Shown one piece after another: positions 21,547-30,900 of a stretch of DNA of 64,000 bases. The notes beneath the pieces are model-generated. The model worked only from the letters and a program-made list of their open reading frames with translations, was not told where the DNA came from and did no database searches. This DNA comes from Trypanosoma brucei (taxonomy: Eukaryota): contig CH464491.1 in assembly GCA_000002445.1 (NCBI GenBank), positions 1,408,001 through 1,472,000 of the forward strand, in the 5' to 3' direction. The position numbers and the translations under genes were made by a program. How positions within the stretch are numbered: the first letter of the stretch is position 1; each line of letters opens with the position of its first letter.

Positions 21547-21901
21547 CAAAAAAAAAAAGAAAAAAATAGCGGTGAAAGATATCTCTTCCTTTTCTCCTTC
21601 TCCACTTATGCTGTTGTTAGTCTTCTATTCGTAAGGTATCCCTCATTGCTTTATTTGGGTGCTTCTGCGAATTCCTTTATTCATTTCTTCACTGTGCAGA
21701 ACCACACTGAAATATCAATTTAAGGCATAGATGAGTGTCCATATTTCCCCTTCAACTTGTCTCTCTGCAAACGTTGTTTCACCTTAGTATAGCTTTCAAC
21801 CGCACTGATACCAACCTTCTGAAAAAGAAATCGAAGAAGAATACATAGACAAACAAACAATATAATTACATATAATTACATATATATATATATTTGTTTG
21901 T

Positions 21902-23155
21902 ATGCTCAATCCCACAACACAGCGGCATATTGCAAAGGTCGGGATGGAAAGCCAACGAGCCATCGGTAGTGTTTTTTCCAACATTCCAATGGGGAAACCG
22001 GATCCCATCCTCGGCCTCGGGCAGGATTTTCGTATGGATCCCGCCAAAAGGAAGGTGAATTTGTCTATTGGTGTGTACCGCGACGACGCCGACCAGCCTT
22101 TTGTGCTGGAATGTGTGAAACAAGCCACATTAGGCACCAACATGGACTACGCCCCAGTCACAGGAATTGCAAGTTTTGTAGAGGAGGCTCAAAAACTGTG
22201 TTTTGGCCCAACGTGTGCGGCGCTTCGGGATGGACGCATTGCAAGTTGCCAAACGCTTGGCGGCACAGGTGCGCTTCGGATTGGTGGTGACCTTCTCAAT
22301 CGCTTTGTGGCCAATTGTAACCGCATTTACGGTCCTGACGTCGGTTATCCGAATCATGAGAGTATCTTTGCTAAGGCGGGGATGGAACTTACCCCATATT
22401 CGTACTATGATCCTGCCACAAAAGGTTTTAACCTTGCGGGTATGCTCGAGTGCCTAGACAAGGCGCCTGAGGGCTCTGTTATACTCGTTCATGCCTGCGC
22501 ACACAATCCAACTGGCGTCGATCCAACACACGATGACTGGCGACAGGTGTGCGATGTGATAAAGAGGCGTAACCATATTCCGTTCGTAGACATGGCTTAC
22601 CAAGGTTTTGCTACTGGTCAATTGGATTATGATGCCTTCGTGCCACGCCACCTGGTGGATATGGTGCCAAACCTGATTGTTGCGCAGAGTTTCTCCAAGA
22701 ACTTTGGCCTGTACGGGCATCGCTGTGGTGCTCTTCACATCTCGACGGCGAGTGCTGAAGAGGCGAAGCGTTTGGTCTCACAATTGGCCCTACTGATTCG
22801 GCCCATGTATAGCAATCCGCCTCTTTATGGTGCCTGGGTCGTAAGTTCTATTCTAAAGGACCCGCAGCTGACTGCACTCTGGAAGAAGGAATTAAAGCAA
22901 ATGTCATCTCGCATTGCTGAGGTGCGCAAGCGTTTGGTTTCAGAGCTGAAAGCATGCGGCTCCGTCCATGACTGGTCTCACATTGAGCGCCAAGTTGGTA
23001 TGATGGCATACACAGGCCTAACAAGGGAGCAGGTGGAGTTACTGAGGAGCGAGTACCACATATACATGACGTTGAATGGTCGCGCTGCGGTGTCCGGACT
23101 TAACAGCACAAATGTTGAATATGTTTCCCAAGCTATTCACAACGTTACTAAATGA
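21902..23155 (+). CDS. mASAT: aspartate aminotransferase (class I aminotransferase), likely the mitochondrial isoform
   Basis: PLP-lysine region SFSKNFGLYGHRCGAL (consensus S-KNFGLYGERVG). The N-terminal block is PDPILGL. Overall length is about 417 aa. Confidence 0.9.
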   Translation: MLNPTTQRHIAKVGMESQRAIGSVFSNIPMGKPDPILGLGQDFRMDPAKRKVNLSIGVYRDDADQPFVLECVKQATLGTNMDYAPVTGIASFVEEAQKLCFGPTCAALRDGRIASCQTLGGTGALRIGGDLLNRFVANCNRIYGPDVGYPNHESIFAKAGMELTPYSYYDPATKGFNLAGMLECLDKAPEGSVILVHACAHNPTGVDPTHDDWRQVCDVIKRRNHIPFVDMAYQGFATGQLDYDAFVPRHLVDMVPNLIVAQSFSKNFGLYGHRCGALHISTASAEEAKRLVSQLALLIRPMYSNPPLYGAWVVSSILKDPQLTALWKKELKQMSSRIAEVRKRLVSELKACGSVHDWSHIERQVGMMAYTGLTREQVELLRSEYHIYMTLNGRAAVSGLNSTNVEYVSQAIHNVTK

Positions 23156-23938
23156 TAGGAGAATGTTGCATATATATATATATATCTGTTACATGCCGTG
23201 ACATTCTTCTCCGTTCTTAACGCCTTCCCCTTCTTCGTAGCGTTTGACTTACTTTTTTCCGTTCTTAGTGTTATCAACTTTATATATATAATTTTTCAAT
23301 GCTGCTGATGACTTGCAGTGTGTTTTTTACATTTTCCTCCTCCTTTTTTGTCCTTTCCGTTACTCTTCTTTTTTTTTTCCTTTTGGAGACTAAGTGAGTT
23401 CATTTGAACTTTCTTGGATGTAAAATATATTTGTTTTTGTTTAAATATATTTGTTGCGGTGTTTTGACACTCGTTATTTTTTTTTGATTATTTTCTACTA
23501 CTTTGCCTATAAATGTGCTTTTCGTCCGATACTTAACGGGCACGGTGCGGAGAGAATGAAGAATAAAAGAAATGATTAAAACCCCACTCCCGCTGCGGGA
23601 ATGTTGGGTCCTATGCATTTCAAAAATAATAAATGATAACCACAAGCGTGGAGAGGTGGGAGTAAAGAAGAGCGAATGAGAACAAGTATGTTTTAATCTG
23701 TCATGTGCATAAAAACAAGTAGATATACATTTATGTATTTATGCATACATACAAATATATCTGTAAATAAAAACATATATGTTAAAAGCAGTAGAAGGGC
23801 AGAGGGTTACTTCGCCTCTATTAGGCGGTAGGGCAACTTTATTTCGCTGATCCCGCAGGGGTTTTCTCTTTTTCTCAATTTCCTACGGTATTGTCAGCAC
23901 TTCCTTTTTTTTTTGCTGTTATCGACATTTTTCGTTAT

Positions 23939-23958
23939 GAATATATATATATATATAT
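23939..23958 (+). repeat. (TA)9 microsatellite
   Basis: gaatatatatatatatatatt. Confidence 0.8.
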
Positions 23959-24346
23959 TCGTCTTCTTGATTTAGTTTTCATTTGGTTGCTTGGGGAGGG
24001 GGAAAAAAGACAATTAATTGATGTGTGTTGCACCACCTGTCGCCATTTTTTTAAATTATTTCATTGCATTGATCATCCCACGGAAACCTCCTTACATTTT
24101 CATGTACGTGAAGCAAAAGAGAAATAAACGCATTAACCTTACTCACTTCCATTAAGTGAAAGTACTGTGTATTTCAATTTCATCTTCCTTTACGGGCTGG
24201 TACCGATCTCTTTTTAGTAAAAAAAACAGGGGAGGCGATTACATTTCTTAAACTGCAGAGGGATGTGCTGCTGAAGAAGGGGGGAAGGGGAAGGAGATGA
24301 GAGAGAGAGAACATGATAAAGTGGATGAGGTGATATCGCGGCAAAA

Positions 24347-24387
24347 AAACAACAACAACAACAACAACAGCAGCAGCAGCAGCAGCA
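24347..24387 (+). repeat. compound (AAC)7(CAG)7 trinucleotide microsatellite
   Basis: aacaacaacaacaacaacaacagcagcagcagcagcagcag within the 2.4 kb gene-free interval. Confidence 0.9.
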
Positions 24388-24516
24388 AAGTCTGGGTTAA
24401 GACGTGTAGTTATGTGGAATGAAATTGTTAAATGGTTGTAATTCTTGGGTGTGCACAAGGGACACCTGTGATTGGTAACTGGACAGCTGGAGGTCGTTTT
24501 TACATCCTTGTTAATT

Positions 24517-24542
24517 TGTGTGTGTGTGTGTGTGTATGTGTG
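24517..24542 (+). repeat. (TG)12 microsatellite
   Basis: gtgtgtgtgtgtgtgtgtatgtgtg. Confidence 0.9.
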
Positions 24543-25589
24543 AAAGTAAAAGTAAAAAATAAAAAATAAATAATGAAAAGCATATGCATATACATATATG
24601 TAAACACGAGTGCATGTACATACATGTGTTTTGCTTATTTTCTTTTTCTTTTTGTCGTTGTCATTGACAACCATTTCCATCCGTACCAAATCTACCTTTT
24701 TTTAAATTTTTTTCCCGCTTCGCGTGGGTGTTTTATTTGGGTTGCCATGGAGTAAGGGTCACGAAAGGAATAACTGTGCCTTTTAACGGGGTTAAATGCA
24801 TACATGTAAACAACACGGGTTGGTTAAAACTATGAACGTTTGAGGGGTAAAATAACACTAATAACATGTGACGGAACTTTCTCTCTGCTCCTATGTATTA
24901 ACTCACGGGTACGTAATCTCTACTTTTTGTTTTATAGTGGCCTTTTTTTCCCTCTCCCCTCCTCTCCCTCTTCGCACATTTCTTTTTTTTAGGTATTGGT
25001 TGGGTGCATACCCAAGAAAGTAGAGACACCTTCTAACGTTCAGTTTGATATTCTCCCCCGTGGCACACAGTGGGGGACCCACTTGAAAAGTTTGCGATGG
25101 TAACAAGGGGAGGATGAAATGAGGAGGTAAAGAAACTTGTGTGGGTTTCCGTAATGCCTGTAACAGAAGGTCAAGGAACTGTAAATACAAACACACACAA
25201 AAAAAGAGGAAGATTCAGTTAGACCTAAAGTCTGCCGTTAACACCTTTCCCTCCCCCCCGTGAAGCGGCATTTATGTGTGTATTTGTGTGAGGAAGGGAA
25301 GTGTTGGGAGCTAAACGGTGAGGCAGCGGCCCGCTTATGTTTAGTAGAACTTATCATCTCATACATCCTCCTATAAGAACATATGCTTGTATCCGTGGCT
25401 GTTTGCTTTGCGTATTCGCACGTGCTGTTCTATTGTTTTTTTCATTTGTTTTCATTAGCTACCCCTCACAACCTTTTTACCTTGTTTGTGAGCCTTTGGC
25501 AGCGCATTAGTAGAGAAAAAGGAGTGGAGAGCAACCTGTATTGTATCATTACAACACCAGCATCCATTGTAGAGATATCTGGAGGTAAT

Positions 25590-28283
25590 ATGATATCAGA
25601 GAGCCAGATGTTTAGCCCGTGGCGCAACTCTGCGCGAGATCAAGCACAATTACGTAGTTGTGCCCTAGCTGCCCCCAGTGCAGCAGCTTCTCGTTACATT
25701 CACCGGCTTGAGGAGGAGGTTTCGGCTCTCACGCAGCACTACAATACGGCCTGCCACTTGTTGCACCGCGCCATTTTAGTACAGGATTTATCTTCTGTTA
25801 TCATAGACGAATTGGAGGGTCGCAGCCACATCGTTGAAGAAGAGAGCACGTTGAGAAGCAATATGATGTGGCTGTGCATGAGTATGACATCTGTTCTTAG
25901 GCGCACTGTGCCGCAGCACAGTACTGCAGTGCGAGCGGGAACAGCGTCCCAGGTAGATTCAGACGCTGCACGAGACCTAAATGGGTTGCCAGAGCGTATT
26001 ATAAACGCTGTGCGGCACACAGTAGAGCAGGGGAGCGAACGTGTCAGTGAGTTAGTGAGTGCCGTTCCACGAAGGGTGTGCATGGCACTTTCGACTGAAG
26101 ATATCGGAGTAAACAGGTCAAAACATAATGCCAGCGTGATGCAGAACGAGGAGTACCGCTCTGGATTTTCTACAATGCAGCGACAATTAGACCGTGTGCT
26201 AAGTCGTGTAGAAGATATTCTTAGCGAGTTTAACACTGCTCAGCATGCACTAGTGAATCAGCAGCGTGACGACGAGTATAGCAAGGGATACGTTGTATCG
26301 CTTCAAACAGCAGCCAAAAATGTGGAGGATTTATCAACGCAAGTTGCTGAGCTATTGCGCCAACTACAGCAGATGCGGCGGGACCAGTTACAACACCAAC
26401 AAACTTCTGTAAGCTCATCATCACAACCACAACTTTCACCTGCAAAGGTAACCTTTACAGAAACGACTCAGACGACCGGTCCACTACCATCGTGTGATGC
26501 AGTGACTCAGACGCTTCCGCAACCCGAACCTGCCGCATCAAAGGTAGAGAGCCCTGCAACACAAAGAGTTAAAATTGTCCAAGCTTCTTCGGTTACTGCG
26601 CAGACCCAAACTGCTGGCCCTCCACCTACTGCCACAACCGCAACCCAAACAAAAACGCCCCCATCGTCACCAACAGACGTAACGAGGGAGAATCGTACAA
26701 CTCAGCGATCGATACTTACAGCGCCACTGCCAACAGTAGCAACAGGAACTCAAACCGACACCCCTAAACCATCAGCTGCAGAACTGGCGCCATCGACCGA
26801 CAAGTGTCTCCGGGATTCGCGAGCTGCAGAGGAGTGGAAACTGTTGATGGAATTTGCTGTCAACGCCATTAACGTCCTATCGTCGAATGTGCGTGATTAC
26901 GTCTCAACTTTCGAGAAGATCCAGAGACTCTCGGAGCAGGAAATAGATTTCCTCCAACAAGTGGGTGACAGCCGGAAAACGAGACGATGGGAGTCTCTTC
27001 TTGCAGAAAAGAGCGCTGAGATTGTGCGACTTAATGAGGAGGTAACAAAACTAGACAGCGCTATCAAAGCTGCGGAGAAACCAAGGACGAGATCTTCCCC
27101 TAGCCCGGCGCGTTCGGAGGATAATAACACACCTTCTCTTGCGCAATTATACGCCGCGTATTCTGCACCTTTCATACCACCGAAGCTTCGTACCACTCAG
27201 AAGGTCAAATTGCTTCCCACCACTGAACTGCTGAAAGCAGCTTTACGTGCTGGAGCTCGCTCTGCTACAGAAGGAGACAGTACAGGGGCTCGTAGCGGTA
27301 CAGTGACGCCTAAGAGCGTGAGCCGAAGTCCTGGAAAGAGTGGCGAGGGCTCGCCCGTTTCGAGGCAGGGATTGACACCGGATGCAAAAGCTGCTAAAAA
27401 AGTTGCAATAAGTGAGCCCAATAAAATGCCTTTCCAATCAGCCCCGAACGCAGCGGTTAGGGGTGGTGATATTTCTCCCCTGACGGGATCGCGTAGATCT
27501 ACTGTCGCCGCTCCTCCCGCTGCTACGAAACACGTTGAAAAGCGCACTCATAGGGTGTTTGACGATGACACTCCCGTGGCTACTCCAAGGGTTTCTACAG
27601 TCACTAAAGCTCCTGACACCAGTGACAAACCGTCTTTGCCTTCTAGTAAGATTCGGAAATCCGACGCCGCCGCTGCGAAAAGCTCCCCCAGGGCTGCTTC
27701 TCCACCACCAACGTCCGCAGTTTCTATAGGCGGTGACGTTGTTACTGTGCGAAAATTCAAAAGGTCACTTTCCTCGTCATCTTCGTCCTCTGGGAAGGCA
27801 GATACAATTGCCCCGCTACGAGCCAAGAAGAGTGAAGTTGGCAACAAAGAATCTCATGAAAAAGGAGAAGACGGGAAACCAAAGGATGAGCCCAAGAAAT
27901 TGGAGATGCGCCAACTGAAAAAGAAGTCCTTTTCTAGCGACAGTCTCAGTGTCTCGCTTTCTGATGTTCCTGTCACCCGTCCAAAGGTAGAGAAGGTTGC
28001 CGATAAACCAAAATCAGCAGCTGCCAACAACTCATTCGACGAAAGCAGCGATGACGAGCCTAAGAGAGCTTTACACCGCGTATCTGTGCCGGCGAAGAAC
28101 AATGAACGCAACGAGCAAACTCCGAGCAACAAGTGCCAAGACAAACCGAGAGAGAAAAGGTGGAGTGAAACCTCCTCTTCGTTGGATGATAAAGAAGGAG
28201 GAAATGAGAAAGCTGCAGCCAAAAAGGGTGTATCCAAGAATGCTTCAAAAAGTACTGATACATCTCTAACGTTAACTCTGTAA
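25590..28283 (+). CDS. hypothetical Ser/Thr/Pro/Lys-rich disordered protein with N-terminal coiled-coil; the track ORF 25383.. runs through polyY sequence and the first plausible ATG is 25590
   Basis: Continuous 2.7 kb ORF. Coiled-coil-like heptads near the N-terminus and at QVGDSRKTRRWESLLAEKSAEIVRLNEEVTKLDSAIKAAE. The C-terminal ~500 aa are S/T/P/K-rich with many SP/TP dipeptides and TQT repeats. Confidence 0.5.
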   Translation: MISESQMFSPWRNSARDQAQLRSCALAAPSAAASRYIHRLEEEVSALTQHYNTACHLLHRAILVQDLSSVIIDELEGRSHIVEEESTLRSNMMWLCMSMTSVLRRTVPQHSTAVRAGTASQVDSDAARDLNGLPERIINAVRHTVEQGSERVSELVSAVPRRVCMALSTEDIGVNRSKHNASVMQNEEYRSGFSTMQRQLDRVLSRVEDILSEFNTAQHALVNQQRDDEYSKGYVVSLQTAAKNVEDLSTQVAELLRQLQQMRRDQLQHQQTSVSSSSQPQLSPAKVTFTETTQTTGPLPSCDAVTQTLPQPEPAASKVESPATQRVKIVQASSVTAQTQTAGPPPTATTATQTKTPPSSPTDVTRENRTTQRSILTAPLPTVATGTQTDTPKPSAAELAPSTDKCLRDSRAAEEWKLLMEFAVNAINVLSSNVRDYVSTFEKIQRLSEQEIDFLQQVGDSRKTRRWESLLAEKSAEIVRLNEEVTKLDSAIKAAEKPRTRSSPSPARSEDNNTPSLAQLYAAYSAPFIPPKLRTTQKVKLLPTTELLKAALRAGARSATEGDSTGARSGTVTPKSVSRSPGKSGEGSPVSRQGLTPDAKAAKKVAISEPNKMPFQSAPNAAVRGGDISPLTGSRRSTVAAPPAATKHVEKRTHRVFDDDTPVATPRVSTVTKAPDTSDKPSLPSSKIRKSDAAAAKSSPRAASPPPTSAVSIGGDVVTVRKFKRSLSSSSSSSGKADTIAPLRAKKSEVGNKESHEKGEDGKPKDEPKKLEMRQLKKKSFSSDSLSVSLSDVPVTRPKVEKVADKPKSAAANNSFDESSDDEPKRALHRVSVPAKNNERNEQTPSNKCQDKPREKRWSETSSSLDDKEGGNEKAAAKKGVSKNASKSTDTSLTLTL

Positions 28284-29110
28284 CATTTTTTGCTGTTGTT
28301 CTTGTGTCTGCGCTATAAATATCTGTTGTCGTTTGCGCTCCCAGCGATGACTTTCACCCTCTACGCGGAGAACCTTTTTCGGCGTGTGTGTGTATGACTA
28401 ATTGAACGTTCTTTTTCTTTTTTTTTGACCTATCGTGTGAAGATGAAACGCATTTCTCCTTAGTGAGACTATCTTCTATGACGATGTCCGTTCATTTTTG
28501 TTACAACAGAGTTACGTGAGAGAACTGTGGGGAAACGGGAGGGGATGGGTGGTGAGGGGTTCCTTCTTGATTGCTTTTCTTGCTTTTTTGTTCCCTTTAA
28601 GTACATATGGCCACATAGATTTTTTTTTATGTGTTGCTTACCATCGCTTCCGTTAGTTACGCGAATTTATTTGGCACGTTACCTTACTGTGGCCCTCTAG
28701 CACTTTTTTGTACATTGTATATTTTCGTCCTATTCCTCTAATTCGGTGCTCAGCACATGCGCACGTTCAGGTATTTTGATGAATTATGCTATTGAATCAG
28801 TTTTACTCTATTATTGCTTATAGATCGTAAAAAGAGGAATAAATAATATAGATACACATGCTTATATATATATGTTAGTTTAATCGAAACGTAAGAAGGA
28901 GGATCGTGTTGCAGTGGCGTGAGATTCTACATTTTCTGTGGAGGTGGTTTTGTGGTTCTGTTGAGTACTTAACACGAGTTGCCTAGCGCCAACTCGTTGG
29001 AAATAATATCGTAGTTAGCAACTTACCATTTTGTCCTCGTTTCTCACCTTTTCTCCTCCGCATAGCGTGCAGTACTAGTTTTATCATACCGCGTCTTTGT
29101 GCGGTTGCAG

Positions 29111-30475
29111 ATGGCACTGAATGTCGTGAGCATGGTGATTAAGATCAACCGCGTGCTGCTCATCGGCTGCGTTGCCTACCTTTTGTCCCGCGTTGTTGAC
29201 GGATTGATCAGGGGCGACGATCTCCTTGGAAGGGAGAACCATCAACGTTTTAGCGTGCTACCTAACGGTAATGCAATTCACCTAAACTTTGTGATCCGAA
29301 AAAACCGCAACTGTACCGACCACCACTCATCACACAGTGATGAGGGAATCAAAGATAGCATCAGTGGTATCAGTACTGCTGCCGACGCAATACCAAAAAA
29401 ACGGTCGAGCACGGCCCCACATCATGTGAAGCAGCCAAGTTCGACTGGGGTAATGGCCGTCTTCACATTTGGGCGACCGCACCTCCCCAACGGTGCCATA
29501 ACCGACACGTTTAAGAAGCGGTTAGTGCATGCAGTGCGAATGGCGCTTCTTACCGGTGCTCCTTGGATTATTGTCCCATGTAGTCGAGGAGAACGCACGA
29601 ACTCCGAGGCATTCTTGCGGAACATGGGCTCTCCAGGAGATCTTCTCTTTAATGATGCCGTCGTAGAGGATCTTCCCCCCGAACTACAGGAACTGGCTAA
29701 GCAGCTGCGCGATTCGATGCGTTTCGCCGCTTCGTTAGACGAATGGATTCAAAGTGGCAACCCTATTGAACATTTTGCGCGAGTTGCCAACGTAGAGGGA
29801 ACTGGTGTATCGATTGCCTCCCCGCGCCTCTTACGACACGGACAATCTCAATGGATTATTCCGGAGTTTGTGTGGGTTGATCGCAATGAGTCGTGGGTGG
29901 TGAATACAAAGGAAGATATCAAACATGGTTTACTTGTCTTGCTGAGGCGTGTCCTTCAAATTGATTTCTATGGCGAAAATAGTGAGTCACAATCCAAGCA
30001 GGATGCAGACGCAGCTTGGTTGGAACGGGGCATATTTGATATCATTGTGGTGGGAAGTATGCATAACGAGGGATTTCTTTACTCAGCTACCTCAAGGGAA
30101 TTGAGCTTTCTCTCGCGGGCACATCGTCAAAGTACCGTACTCCAAAGACAGGGACGAGAAAACTTGCTTGTGTCGTGGCTTTCGAAGAATATTAACGTTC
30201 GAATTACTTCTGCGGAGGACTCCGTCCCAGAAATTACAGTTCCAGAGCCATGGATCGTTGACGCTCAGCCCGAACCACGCGCCTTGAGGAAGGCCTGGTG
30301 GTTGTTTAGGATGCTTGCTCCATTATCTCACACTATCCACCTGAATTATTGCCGCTGGAGTGCGTGCATACGCTGTTCACTGACATCTGTCAGGATTATC
30401 AACTTCGTCTTTGAGTTTTTTGCCGCAATTGAGGCTATTTTGACAGAAAAGGTGAACATGCTCGGTTACTTTTGA
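29111..30475 (+). CDS. hypothetical protein; track start 29099 is GTG and the first ATG is 29111
   Basis: Hydrophobic N-terminus MALNVVSMVIKINRVLLIGCVAYLLSRVV (signal-anchor-like). No recognisable catalytic motif. Confidence 0.45.
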   Translation: MALNVVSMVIKINRVLLIGCVAYLLSRVVDGLIRGDDLLGRENHQRFSVLPNGNAIHLNFVIRKNRNCTDHHSSHSDEGIKDSISGISTAADAIPKKRSSTAPHHVKQPSSTGVMAVFTFGRPHLPNGAITDTFKKRLVHAVRMALLTGAPWIIVPCSRGERTNSEAFLRNMGSPGDLLFNDAVVEDLPPELQELAKQLRDSMRFAASLDEWIQSGNPIEHFARVANVEGTGVSIASPRLLRHGQSQWIIPEFVWVDRNESWVVNTKEDIKHGLLVLLRRVLQIDFYGENSESQSKQDADAAWLERGIFDIIVVGSMHNEGFLYSATSRELSFLSRAHRQSTVLQRQGRENLLVSWLSKNINVRITSAEDSVPEITVPEPWIVDAQPEPRALRKAWWLFRMLAPLSHTIHLNYCRWSACIRCSLTSVRIINFVFEFFAAIEAILTEKVNMLGYF

Positions 30476-30900
30476 AGGACCGCAACGGCGGCGGTAAATC
30501 GGTTAAAATAGGGGAGGGAAAAGTGGTCTCAAGGCTTTCCACTAGCTGCATTCCAGGAGGGGTGGGGTGCATACATGTCTGTGTACCTGTGATAATTGTG
30601 TTGGTTTTCCGTTAGTGAACACGCGTCGCGCAGCTGAGGACCATCTGGCGTAGTGCTGAAGTTGTTAAGCCGCTTTGGCTTTGGTGCTTATGTTTTCTGG
30701 ACCGGTGTTTGTATGTGTGTGCCTGCAGTGCCGCCAGATGCCCGTAGCTCACAATATACCATACTTCGTATGCACCGGCACGACGTAGTGCTTCCATTTA
30801 GATGTGCTCAGTAACCGCTTATTCCCTTTGCTGCGCTACTTGCATACCTCTCCTCTCTGCGATGGGTTCTTAGTGGTATTGAGAATACAAAGGTTGAAGT

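Noticed and set aside
24180-24689. 169-aa minus-strand ORF in the long spacer
   Set aside because: It is composed of translated microsatellites ((TG)n, (CAG)n giving VVVVV/AAAAA runs), so it is a low-complexity artefact.
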